Of a DNA stretch of 64,000 nt, positions 9,605 through 18,940 are shown piece after piece. The position numbers and the translations under genes were made by a program. The DNA is from Bdellovibrionota bacterium (GTDB lineage Bacteria > Bdellovibrionota_C > UBA2361 > JBIKWN01): the NCBI GenBank assembly GCA_044356295.1, contig JBIKWN010000006.1:7134-71133 (forward strand). Reading direction: 5' to 3'. The notes below the pieces were generated by a model that saw nothing but the letters and a program-made list of their open reading frames with translations, did not search any database and had not been told where the DNA came from. Positions within the stretch are counted from its first letter, which is position 1, and each line of letters begins with the position of its first letter.

Positions 9605-9729
9605 ATTGCAATCTATTCAGTTGCAATCATTACTGCATTTACAAATACTTGGATTGCTTGTGCTCTCTACATAGCAGTAGCCGTTATCTGGCTTATTCCA
9701 GATCGCCGAATCGAGAACAAACTTTCAGT

Positions 9730-9969
9730 TCATCCGTGATGATTTTTGAGTAATGTATACAGCTGCTCTTTGAGGCTCAAACGTTCTTTTCGCAACGTTT
9801 CAGCAGCAACTTCTGAGATAAGATCTATTCTTTGATCAGAGCGAACGATTGCTTTATCGACTTCTTGAAATTTATCAAAAAGCACTTTGAAGTGGGCATT
9901 TTCGGTTTTAAGAATATGAATTGTATCTTTATATTCTGGAAATTCGACTGCAAGATTGTGACTGTCCAT
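9730..9969 (-). CDS. DUF465/YdcH-like small protein
   Basis: FPEYKDTIHILKTENAHFKVLFDKFQEVDKAI fits the YdcH pattern. Confidence 0.55.
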   Translation of the reverse strand: MDSHNLAVEFPEYKDTIHILKTENAHFKVLFDKFQEVDKAIVRSDQRIDLISEVAAETLRKERLSLKEQLYTLLKNHHG

Positions 9970-10363
9970 ATGGTGATGTAAAAAAAAATATAATAAGTCA
10001 CCTTAGCATAAAACGAGATGACTGCGAGTTATTAATTCTTAATTTATTTGGATGATTATTGCTCAGCAAGCAACAGGTTTCTTTTGAAATATTGAATGCG
10101 CATTGCTGTATAGTTTTAATTTTCTGATAGTCTCGATTGTTGATTCGATCTTTCCACTATAAAACCCTGTTTTTAAAACTTATCTCGGATACGTTTCTAA
10201 CTTAACAGGTCCTCATCAACCTAAAAAAATTACTTTAGAAAAAAATTTAAATTGTCGACCATAAACAACGCTATTGTACAATAAATTTGGGTCGTCTTTG
10301 GTCAAAATTCAGTGCGTAAAAAAGCAGAATCAAAATAAACCATAAAAATGGGAGAACTCGTGT

Positions 10364-11494
10364 ATGCAAACATATCAACTTAAATGGGAAAATAATTCTT
10401 GGAAAAGCCTAGACTTAAATAATGATAATCAAGAACCAAATATGATTCTTGTTTTTTCAGATAGAGCATCACTACAAAACGGCATTGGACTAAAAAAGAT
10501 TTGTGAAAAGTTTCCAAATTCTATTATAACTGGTTGCTCTACTGCCGGCGAAATTCAAGAAGATCGTGTTTATGATGAATCATTAGTTGCTACGGCAATT
10601 TATTTTGAAAAAACAAAAGTTCGGTCATCACGACAAACTATTCAGGCTGATAGTTTAGAGACAGGAAAGCTTCTAGCAAAACAAATCGATCCTAACGGAT
10701 TAAAGCATGTTATTGTTTTTTCAGATGGCCTTAAAGTAAACGGAAGTGAATTGGTTAAAGGACTCAATGAATATATTCCTTCGGATATTGTTGTGACTGG
10801 AGGCTTAGCTGCTGATGGAGGTATTTTTCATCAAACGCTTACAATATTCGATGGAGAAGTGAGAGATGATAGTGTTGTTGCAGTAGGATTCTATGGCGAT
10901 GCAATTGATATCCGTTACGGTTCGTTTGGTGGGTGGGATAGTTTTGGGCCAGAGCGTTACGTATCTAAATCAACTTCAAACATACTTTTTGAATTAGACG
11001 GTCAACCTGCATTAGACCTCTACAAAACCTACCTTGGTGAACATGCCGCTGGCTTGCCTGCCACAGGTTTACTTTTTCCTTTATGCATTAAAATTGAAGG
11101 ACAAGAAAATCTAATCGTTCGTACGATTTTGGCAGTTGACGAGGCTGCCAAGTCCATAACTTTTGCAGGAGACGTTCCACAAGGGTGTACTGCTAGGCTT
11201 ATGAAAGCAAATTTTGATAGGTTAATTGACGGTGCCATGGATGCTGCGCGTATCATTCAAAAAGCAGAACAAATAAAAGGGAAAGGTTTAGCTTTGTTAG
11301 TGAGCTGCGTAGGTAGAAAAATGGTCCTAGGGCAAAGGGTCGAAGATGAAGTTGATGCTGTTAGAGAAATTTTAGGTGCTAATTTTGCTACTACCGGCTT
11401 TTACTCATATGGAGAAATTGCTCCGTTTAGAATGGGCGAAAGGTGTGAATTACACAATCAGACCATGACAGTAACAACATTTCACGAAAAATGA
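10364..11494 (+). CDS. FIST-domain sensor protein
   Basis: 376 aa. FIST N and C domains. The C-terminal GFYSYGEIAP motif is typical of FIST_C. Confidence 0.75.
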   Translation: MQTYQLKWENNSWKSLDLNNDNQEPNMILVFSDRASLQNGIGLKKICEKFPNSIITGCSTAGEIQEDRVYDESLVATAIYFEKTKVRSSRQTIQADSLETGKLLAKQIDPNGLKHVIVFSDGLKVNGSELVKGLNEYIPSDIVVTGGLAADGGIFHQTLTIFDGEVRDDSVVAVGFYGDAIDIRYGSFGGWDSFGPERYVSKSTSNILFELDGQPALDLYKTYLGEHAAGLPATGLLFPLCIKIEGQENLIVRTILAVDEAAKSITFAGDVPQGCTARLMKANFDRLIDGAMDAARIIQKAEQIKGKGLALLVSCVGRKMVLGQRVEDEVDAVREILGANFATTGFYSYGEIAPFRMGERCELHNQTMTVTTFHEK

Positions 11495-11520
11495 GTATTA
11501 ACTAAATATCCCAATCAAAC

Positions 11521-13002
11521 ATGCATCCTCTACTTCGGCGACAACTTAAAAGAAATGGCTTATCTTTAGAGACGCTCAGTCCTGAAGTGAATGCATTGTT
11601 GCGCGATATAGAATCTGCCTACGAACAATCAGAGACTGATAGAAAGTTATTAGAAAGAAGCCTTGAACTGAGCTCTAAAGAGCTCATGACTCAAAATTCG
11701 GAAATGAGAGCGATTCTGTCCTCTTTCCCGGATATACTTGCAACTTCGGGCGGGTCGCTCAAAGACCATACTTTTGAAGAAATTGTTTCAAAGTATGTTC
11801 AAGAACTAATTAACTCTAGAGCAGAATTGGCTGAAGCAAAACAAGTAGTAGAATCGGCTCTAGCTTCTAGAGGAATATTCTTGGCGAACATGAGTCATGA
11901 AATACGGACTCCTTTGAATGGAATTTTAGGAATGATTGCTCTATTACTAGAGTCACACAATCTTTCTGAAGATCATAGATCGAATCTTTTTTTAGTCAAT
12001 CAGGCTGCGCAAGACTTATTACGAATCTTAAACGATATTCTTGATTTCTCTAAAATAGAGACCGGCAAAGTAGAACTTGAAATTCGCCCTATAAATCTTA
12101 AGGAGCTTTTTCATAGAATTAACAAATTACTTGAAGTTAAAGCAAGTGAGAAAAATATCAATTGCTGTTTAGAAATAATTGGGGAAAACCCTAATATACA
12201 AATTTGCGGAGACGATACACGGGTAGGACAAGTGCTGATGAACTTAATTAGCAACGCAATTAAATTTACTTCACAAAACGGGACAGTTTCTATAAAATAT
12301 TCATTCACCTACGACGACAATTATTGCAAAATAATTACGAGTATCCGTGACACAGGAATTGGAATTCCCGAGAATAAAATCCATGATATTTTTGATCCTT
12401 TCAGCCAAGCTGATCAAAGCATTACTCGAAAATTTGGAGGAACAGGGCTTGGTTTAAATATTTCTAGAATGCTAGCTAGATTAATGAATGGAGATATCGA
12501 GGTTGAATCTTCGTCATCGACTGGAACAACATTTATATTCACTGCTATTTTTAGCATTGTCGATAATCAATCTGGAACAATTGAAATCCCCACTATCAAA
12601 ACAAAATCACAATATATCAAAAATGCATTGATAGTTGAGGATAATCCTCTGAATCAACTACTAGCCAGAAGATTCCTTGAAAATCGAGGAATTGAAGTTA
12701 AAGTCGCAGAAAATGGACTCAAAGCACTAGACATTATTTTGCAAAATGAAGAATTAGAATCAAAATTTGATGTAATCCTTATGGACTGTCAAATGCCGGA
12801 ATTAGATGGATACGAAACGACTAAAAGAATTCGATTGTGGGAAAAGGAAAAGTCCATTTCACCCGTTTATATTGTTGCTTTAACAGCTAATGCTTTCCAA
12901 GAAGACAGAGAAAAATGTCTAAATGCAGGTATGGATGACTTTTTAACTAAACCTATAGTTGTGACTGAGCTAAATAGGGTTTTGTTACTTCGAAAATCTT
13001 AA
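11521..13002 (+). CDS. Hybrid sensor histidine kinase (HisKA + HATPase_c + C-terminal receiver)
   Basis: H-box MSHEIRTPLNGI. N, G1 and G2 boxes (NLISNAIKFT, DTGIGIP, GGTGLGLNISR). Receiver with DVILMDCQMPELDG and LTA..K. Confidence 0.9.
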   Translation: MHPLLRRQLKRNGLSLETLSPEVNALLRDIESAYEQSETDRKLLERSLELSSKELMTQNSEMRAILSSFPDILATSGGSLKDHTFEEIVSKYVQELINSRAELAEAKQVVESALASRGIFLANMSHEIRTPLNGILGMIALLLESHNLSEDHRSNLFLVNQAAQDLLRILNDILDFSKIETGKVELEIRPINLKELFHRINKLLEVKASEKNINCCLEIIGENPNIQICGDDTRVGQVLMNLISNAIKFTSQNGTVSIKYSFTYDDNYCKIITSIRDTGIGIPENKIHDIFDPFSQADQSITRKFGGTGLGLNISRMLARLMNGDIEVESSSSTGTTFIFTAIFSIVDNQSGTIEIPTIKTKSQYIKNALIVEDNPLNQLLARRFLENRGIEVKVAENGLKALDIILQNEELESKFDVILMDCQMPELDGYETTKRIRLWEKEKSISPVYIVALTANAFQEDREKCLNAGMDDFLTKPIVVTELNRVLLLRKS

Positions 13003-13022
13003 AAATCTCCAGTACAGTGTCA

Positions 13023-14870
13023 TTACGTTAATAATCGCAACGCCAATCCAGGTGATTGATTAGCTTGAGCGAGCACTGATGTTGCAACTTGCTGTGAAAT
13101 TTTCAATCGCGTTGCCTCTGCAACTTCGCTACTGACATCACTATCCATAATTCTAGAATGAGCCTCTTTGTAGTTGATACTCGTCGACTGTACAACATTT
13201 ATGACTGCTGCCGCGCGCGACATTGTTGCTCCAACTCGTCCTAGTGTTTGTGAGATGCTTTCAATTAACGTACGAGAATTATCCAAAGACTGTCTAGCTC
13301 CTTGTTGAGTGAGAATATAATTTTTTGCAAGGTAGTTAGTTTGGGCCCCGTTTCCATAATTAAGATCAAGACGTCCACCTGTCAGCGAAGCCACTATTAC
13401 ATCTTTGACCCCATCACCAGTAAAGTCTGCAATTAAATTTGCATCCGATAATACCCCAGAGCTGTAGGCCCAAGTTTGAGAAATCTTAAATGTTCCATCG
13501 CCGTTACCTAAAATAATTCCTGCACCTGAAAAGCCTGTAATTAAGTAATCAGCAAAACCGTCATTATTAATATCCTGGGACGTCATGTTAGCTAATTGAC
13601 CTATGCCAGAAAAATTTATAGTTGTGTTTGCTCTAAAAGTTCCATCGCCGTTTCCTCGTAGGAAATTTACAGTTCCACCTCCTGGGCCAATTACAACAAT
13701 GTCTAAATTGCCATCCCTATCAAAATCTTGGGCGACTGATGCACCAGATACACTATTAACAAAATAAGTGCTCATGGCTCGAAGTGTCCCGTTGGAATTC
13801 GCAAGAATAACTCCGATTTGATTGCTGGAATTATCAGAAAGTTGGATGTCATCTTTTCCATCGCCGTTAAAGTCACCAACTGAAAGGGCGACACCATTGA
13901 AGGATGTGGCATAGCTCACTGCTGCCCTAAATGTACCATTTCCATTTCCACTGAGAACACTAATTGCGTTACCACCTGATGCAACGAGGTCAGCTATTCC
14001 ATCGCCGTTTATATCTCCAGTAGAAACTGACGTAACCGTAAATCCTTGCGCGTAAGTAACTGCCGAGGCAAAAGTATCATTGCCATTATTCAAAGCAATT
14101 CGAATATTTGTCGTATGATTGTTAACCCAATCCAGTTTACCATCACCATTTACATCAATGAGGCTTGCACCAGAGGGACCAGGCGCACCATTAGCGAATA
14201 TCGTCACACCACTACTAAAAGATCCATCACCGTTTGATAAGAATATCTGACCGTAGATACTTAATAGATCAGCTCTTCCGTCGCGGTTGTAATCGATGGC
14301 GTTAAAACCTCGCTGATTCGCCATTGCTTGTGTACTTGTTCCTGTAAATGTTCCATCCCCTGCAGCTCCGTTGATTCCAGAACCTTGTAAATATAAAAGT
14401 GAATTATCAAGACCACTTCCGAATTGGAATCTTACCCCTTGGGAATCTACGGAACTTAATAATTTTATGCCATTAAATGATGTGATCGAAACTATTCTGT
14501 TAAATTCTTCTGTAAGCCTATCAGACTCTTGCTGCATTGATTTTCGCTGCGACAATGAAAAAGATCCGTTTGCTGCTTGCTCAGCTAATTCAGCTTGGCG
14601 TTGTGCAATTTCTGACAACCCTCCAAGAGTCCCCTGAACAATATTGAGCATACTAACGCCATCGTTAATATTACGTAGCCCCTGCGAAAAAATTCTTGTT
14701 GAAGCATTAAGCTCTAACGCGATAGCGAGTCCTGCTGCATCATCGGCTGCTTTATTAATTCTCTGCCCAGACGCAAGTCGTTCAGAGATCGAAGCAAGCT
14801 TATTCGAGCTTTGCTCAAGTCCCCGCTGCGCGGTTAAAGAACTGATATTACTGCCTAATGTTATAGCCAA
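13023..14870 (-). CDS. Flagellin-family protein with a central FG-GAP beta-propeller insertion
   Basis: N-terminus (M)AITLGSNISSLTAQRGLEQSSNKLASISERLASGQRINKAADDAAGLAIA is the flagellin N-domain. C-terminus AHSRIMDSDVSSEVAEATRLKISQQVATSVLAQANQSPGLALRLL is the flagellin C-domain. Between them lie about seven DxNGDGxxD / GNGDGTF FG-GAP-type repeats. The start codon is TTG (revcomp of caa at 14868-14870). Confidence 0.85.
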   Translation of the reverse strand: MAITLGSNISSLTAQRGLEQSSNKLASISERLASGQRINKAADDAAGLAIALELNASTRIFSQGLRNINDGVSMLNIVQGTLGGLSEIAQRQAELAEQAANGSFSLSQRKSMQQESDRLTEEFNRIVSITSFNGIKLLSSVDSQGVRFQFGSGLDNSLLYLQGSGINGAAGDGTFTGTSTQAMANQRGFNAIDYNRDGRADLLSIYGQIFLSNGDGSFSSGVTIFANGAPGPSGASLIDVNGDGKLDWVNNHTTNIRIALNNGNDTFASAVTYAQGFTVTSVSTGDINGDGIADLVASGGNAISVLSGNGNGTFRAAVSYATSFNGVALSVGDFNGDGKDDIQLSDNSSNQIGVILANSNGTLRAMSTYFVNSVSGASVAQDFDRDGNLDIVVIGPGGGTVNFLRGNGDGTFRANTTINFSGIGQLANMTSQDINNDGFADYLITGFSGAGIILGNGDGTFKISQTWAYSSGVLSDANLIADFTGDGVKDVIVASLTGGRLDLNYGNGAQTNYLAKNYILTQQGARQSLDNSRTLIESISQTLGRVGATMSRAAAVINVVQSTSINYKEAHSRIMDSDVSSEVAEATRLKISQQVATSVLAQANQSPGLALRLLT

Positions 14871-14895
14871 ACTTAAATGATACTCCTCATCTTCT

Positions 14896-14925
14896 TGATC
14901 GGCTTTTTTTGAATATTTCTAAAAT
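14896..14925 (-). promoter_or_regulatory. Sigma-28 (FliA)-like promoter upstream of the flagellin gene
   Basis: Minus strand reads tTAGAaatattcaaaaaaaGCCGATCA. This gives a -10 of GCCGATCA against the consensus GCCGATAA, with a TAAA-like TAGA about 14 nt upstream. It lies about 25-55 nt upstream of the TTG start. Confidence 0.45.
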
Positions 14926-15128
14926 TTCTCTTTGTTTTTTTAGGAATAATTGAAAGGAAAATGTGCTAGTGTTTCGGTAAGTTATGAGGGATGCTTTAAA
15001 ATTGAAGATATTATTTATGTTTTTTGCAATTTGCGGCTAACAAAAATTCGTACGACCACGGCCATAAAGTTAAGGGACGTCGAAACTCTTTTTGGTACAA
15101 GATAACTTTCAATCTGATTTAAGCTAAT

Positions 15129-15170
15129 GAAGTACTATATAATCCAAGTTACCTTGTACCCATTATTTCT
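15129..15170. repeat. Direct repeat, left copy, flanking the 15.2-17.0 kb islet
   Basis: gaagtactatataatccaagttaccttgtacccattatttct. Compare gaaggcactatatattccgagttacctagtcccaattatttct at 16996-17038, about 88% identical. Confidence 0.6.
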
Positions 15171-15194
15171 TTTTTTAGAAAAATTGATTTGACC

Positions 15195-15605
15195 ATGCAT
15201 AAATCTTTTCCTATCAAGTCTTTTTTGATACTTGGAGTTATTTCTCTATGCATATTTATTAATAATATGGCTGACAGCTGCTTTGTTAAACTGAAATCCG
15301 CCGATAGTAAATTATCAGATGAGCTTAGTTATGAATTATTTGAATTATGGATGTCACCTCAATATGAAAATGTATCTGCAGAGAATCTTGTGAGAGAATT
15401 TCTTTCGAAATATAGCACCCCACAAGAAATTGCAGATCTGAATCCGGTATATAAATTATATCAAGAGAATATTGCTCTTGGTATCAATGATGGTGATTGG
15501 GATATACTTGCGCGGCGCAGTAAACTTAATGAACTTAATGGACGGGAGTTAATAAACGCTGCAGTTAAGAAATTTCTGTTACAAAATGAGATAGCTTGTA
15601 AATAG
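15195..15605 (+). CDS. Small exported/membrane-anchored hypothetical protein
   Basis: ATG at 15195. The track ORF begins at a TTG at 15189. Hydrophobic N-terminus SFLILGVISLCIFI. No recognisable domain. Confidence 0.5.
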   Translation: MHKSFPIKSFLILGVISLCIFINNMADSCFVKLKSADSKLSDELSYELFELWMSPQYENVSAENLVREFLSKYSTPQEIADLNPVYKLYQENIALGINDGDWDILARRSKLNELNGRELINAAVKKFLLQNEIACK

Positions 15606-15753
15606 AGTTCGTCCTTAATATGGCTATCTAAGATTTTTATTAGTGAAATTTTTGGTACGAGGTAACTTTTGATTCGATCTTAAACCACTGTAACTGTTAT
15701 ACAATAAGAGTTACAGTGTACCAGTTACATTTCTCCGCGTTATCTTGTACTAG

Positions 15754-16266
15754 TTATTTTTTGAGTGAATTATGCAAATAAGAAGAAAAAGCTCTTTCAA
15801 TAACTTCTGTTTCATCAATATTTTTTTCAATTGCACGACGTTTAATTTCGGCAAGTGTTGCAGGCTTTAATCTCCAATTAGTTCTGACTCGTCGTTCATT
15901 GACAGGAATAGATCGTTTGTCTGGTAACTCAATGTTCGCCCACCGCTTTAGATCTTTATAGGGCAATCCAGCGAGATCCGGACCAACATCTTTATTTTTT
16001 TTAATACATTCTAACACCAGGCTTAGTTTTTCTGGAATCTTATCCCAGTTTAGAAAAGATCGAGGGAATCGAAGCATTGCCGCTGGTAGAACCTCTAACA
16101 CTCTGGGTTCAATTTCTGTACCTATTTTGAGTGCTTCTAGAATATCGACTTTAATTGTAGGTAATGGTTTTACATCTTCAACTCCCAATAATCCTTTACC
16201 AACAAAAAATCCAAATATCCTTTCGGTTTTTTCGTCCCACTGATTGATATAATTATTTTTAGCCAT
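15754..16266 (-). CDS. Hypothetical protein; downstream gene of a two-gene cassette
   Basis: 170 aa, 9 bp after the upstream gene. The C-terminal 40 aa (RRVRTNWRLKPATLAEIKRRAIEKNIDETEVIERAFSSYLH) look like a ribbon-helix-helix segment and also contain an R-x6-H motif. These are weak motif-level hints only. Confidence 0.55.
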   Translation of the reverse strand: MAKNNYINQWDEKTERIFGFFVGKGLLGVEDVKPLPTIKVDILEALKIGTEIEPRVLEVLPAAMLRFPRSFLNWDKIPEKLSLVLECIKKNKDVGPDLAGLPYKDLKRWANIELPDKRSIPVNERRVRTNWRLKPATLAEIKRRAIEKNIDETEVIERAFSSYLHNSLKK

Positions 16267-16275
16267 ACTTTTAAT

Positions 16276-16782
16276 CTATAGCTTTATAGTCTTTGTAATT
16301 GTGAAATAGGTAATGTCCCCACCATTGCTTATTATCTTGCTCGCTAAAACATCACCAAAAAGTTTTAAAGCATCACTAACGAGATGTTTATTTTTTTCTT
16401 TAGCCTTTATTGCTTTACTGGTAATCGCAGAAATAGGATCTAAGTGACTCACTTTTACCCAGGTTGAATCGTAATACTGAATAAAATTAGAATCCTTTGG
16501 AATCCAGATCTCTGTACTGAGTTCATCAAAAGCTAAGCCATTTGATTTCAATACATCACGAAAAACTTGAGTCTCACCCCATTTTCCCTTTAGCAATGCA
16601 TCAACATCTTTGGTATATGCCAACCGAATCTTCGAGCTGACTTCTTCATTCATCAGCAAGCTCATCTGTCCTAGGACATTAATCTCTATCTTATTATCCG
16701 ACATTACAGAATCACCTAAATCTTCACGACGTAATCTGAGTGCTTCTTCAAGATCTTCTATGACTTTATTTATTAATTTCAT
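16276..16782 (-). CDS. Hypothetical protein; upstream gene of the two-gene cassette
   Basis: 168 aa. LGQMSL...(17 aa)...KDVDALL is faintly reminiscent of the hG[GS]...DxD nucleotidyltransferase-fold signature. This is unconfirmed. Confidence 0.55.
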   Translation of the reverse strand: MKLINKVIEDLEEALRLRREDLGDSVMSDNKIEINVLGQMSLLMNEEVSSKIRLAYTKDVDALLKGKWGETQVFRDVLKSNGLAFDELSTEIWIPKDSNFIQYYDSTWVKVSHLDPISAITSKAIKAKEKNKHLVSDALKLFGDVLASKIISNGGDITYFTITKTIKL

Positions 16783-16995
16783 CTTTCCTAAGCACTATTT
16801 TACATTAAAAAATATATGACGTACAGACATTATTAAGTATTTGATATTACTCATTATTATGTTGTAATTTATATATTTCTAGAGGATTAGTTGCTAGTTC
16901 GAAAATCAAAATAGATGACAACATTGTTACTGTAATCATAAAGCAAGCGAAGCTACCCTTTTCCAGAAATTTTCTTCAATATTATTTAGCCTACT

Positions 16996-17038
16996 GAAGG
17001 CACTATATATTCCGAGTTACCTAGTCCCAATTATTTCT
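16996..17038. repeat. Direct repeat, right copy, flanking the islet
   Basis: See the left copy at 15129-15170. Confidence 0.6.
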
Positions 17039-17135
17039 CCTTGAAAGAGTACTAGAAGCTGCATGTAAATTATAATTATAAAATTAAGGTGATTCCCATT
17101 GAGTGGAACACCTACTATGGGTAGGTAACTATTTA

Positions 17136-17621
17136 CTAATCCCTAAAATTCGTAAACTGCAATTCAATATCCTTAACTTCAGAGCGCAAAAACTGAATCA
17201 CTGCTTGCAGATCGTCCCTCTTCTTACCCATTATCCGTAATTGATTGCCCTGAATCTGAGAATTCACCTTCACTTTTTGACCTTTAATAAGTTTATTAAC
17301 TTTTTTCAGATCGTCATCACATAATCCCTGTTTGATCAATACTTCTTGTTTAATTGTATCGCCTCCGGCAGGGAATGGATCTTTAAATTCTACAGACTTC
17401 AAACTGACTTTCCGTTTTGCAAGTTTTTCCATCAACATCGTCTGCACTGCACTTAAACGCATCTGGTCATCAGCGTGGACATTAATCTGTTCTTCAACAA
17501 GTTCAACAGTAACGTTGGTTCCCTTAAAATCATACCGAGTTGCAATTTCTCGCTGCACCTGATCAACCGCATTACGAACTTCTTGCATATCAACTTCTGA
17601 AACGACATCAAAGGAAGGCAT
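17136..17621 (-). CDS. yajQ: YajQ-family (UPF0234) nucleotide-binding protein
   Basis: MPSFDVVSEVDMQEVRNAVDQVQREIATRYDFKG is the characteristic YajQ N-terminus. The start is set at the MPSF methionine; the track ORF begins 17 codons earlier. Confidence 0.8.
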   Translation of the reverse strand: MPSFDVVSEVDMQEVRNAVDQVQREIATRYDFKGTNVTVELVEEQINVHADDQMRLSAVQTMLMEKLAKRKVSLKSVEFKDPFPAGGDTIKQEVLIKQGLCDDDLKKVNKLIKGQKVKVNSQIQGNQLRIMGKKRDDLQAVIQFLRSEVKDIELQFTNFRD

Positions 17622-17761
17622 ACTCATATTCTCCAAAAAATTTTCATCTGGACTAGAAAAGCCAGAAGTCAATTAAATCTAAACATCTTTTATACCAAGA
17701 AAATGAGTTTCTGGTCGAATTTCTTTACCAACGAAATAAAAACAGGTAGCGTCATTTAAGA

Positions 17762-18934
17762 ATGGAATTTGATACGGTTGTAATAGGTGGTGGCGCGGCT
17801 GGGCTCATGTGCGCTATCGAAGCTGCAAAACGTGGACGACGTGTGGCTCTGCTTGAAAAGGCGGGACAACTTGGTAAAAAAATCCTAATTTCTGGTGGTG
17901 GAAGGTGCAATTTCACCAATATTCATGCAACCCCTGCAAACTATATCTCTCAGAATCCTCATTTCTGTAAATCAGCACTGTCTCGGTATACCCCATTTCA
18001 TTTCATCGAATTAGTTGAAAAATACAGTATCGCCTATCACGAAAAAACACTTGGTCAACAGTTTTGTGATGATTCTTCTCGTCAGATTGTTGCTCTACTA
18101 AAAAGTGAATGTGACGAACATGGTGTTCAGATTTTCCTCGACGAAACAGTGACTACGATCAATAAAGATGAAAAGTTTCATATCGAGTCTTCTAAAGGAA
18201 TTTTTCATTCAGAAACACTTGTTATAGCAACTGGTGGTCTTTCAATTCCAAAAATGGGTGCGACTGATTTTGGTCATCAGATTGCAAAACAGTTTGGATT
18301 ATCACTCGTAACGTGTCGTCCTGGACTTGTGCCACTGACTTTTAATGATACTGATTTAAAAATATATAGTTCTCTAAGCGGTGTTGCTCATCCGACCGTT
18401 GCAACTTGTAACGATGAATCTTTTAAAGAAAGCTTTCTTTTTACTCATAAAGGATTAAGCGGGCCAGCTATTTTACAGATTAGTTCTTATTGGAATTCTG
18501 GGGATACGATCTCATTGAATCTTTTACCTGAAATTAATCTATATAATGATTTAGTAAGACGTAAAAAGAATAGTGAGAGAAACGAATTAAAGACTGTTCT
18601 TGGAAATTTCTTCTCTAAAAAATTAGCAGAAACTTTGATTACTCAAATTGGAATTAATAAACCGATAAATGAATATGCAGACAAAGATCTAGAGGCTTTG
18701 TCAAAAAGAATTCACAACTGGGCCTATAAGCCAAATGGTACTGAAGGATACGCAAAAGCCGAAGTCACAATCGGCGGCGTTGATACAAATGAGCTTTCTT
18801 CAAAAACAATGGAATCCAAAAAAGCACCTGGGCTATTTTTTATTGGCGAAGCTGTTGATGTAACAGGTCATCTGGGCGGATTTAATTTTCAATGGGCTTG
18901 GGCTTCTGGATTTGCTGCTGGGCAATACTGCTAA
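17762..18934 (+). CDS. HI0933/BaiN-family FAD-dependent flavoprotein (aminoacetone oxidase-like)
   Basis: FDTVVIGGGAAGLMCAIEAAKRGRRVALLEKAGQLGKKILISGGGRCNFTN and C-terminal FFIGEAVDVTGHLGGFNFQWAWASG. Confidence 0.85.
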   Translation: MEFDTVVIGGGAAGLMCAIEAAKRGRRVALLEKAGQLGKKILISGGGRCNFTNIHATPANYISQNPHFCKSALSRYTPFHFIELVEKYSIAYHEKTLGQQFCDDSSRQIVALLKSECDEHGVQIFLDETVTTINKDEKFHIESSKGIFHSETLVIATGGLSIPKMGATDFGHQIAKQFGLSLVTCRPGLVPLTFNDTDLKIYSSLSGVAHPTVATCNDESFKESFLFTHKGLSGPAILQISSYWNSGDTISLNLLPEINLYNDLVRRKKNSERNELKTVLGNFFSKKLAETLITQIGINKPINEYADKDLEALSKRIHNWAYKPNGTEGYAKAEVTIGGVDTNELSSKTMESKKAPGLFFIGEAVDVTGHLGGFNFQWAWASGFAAGQYC

Positions 18935-18940
18935 ACTTAA

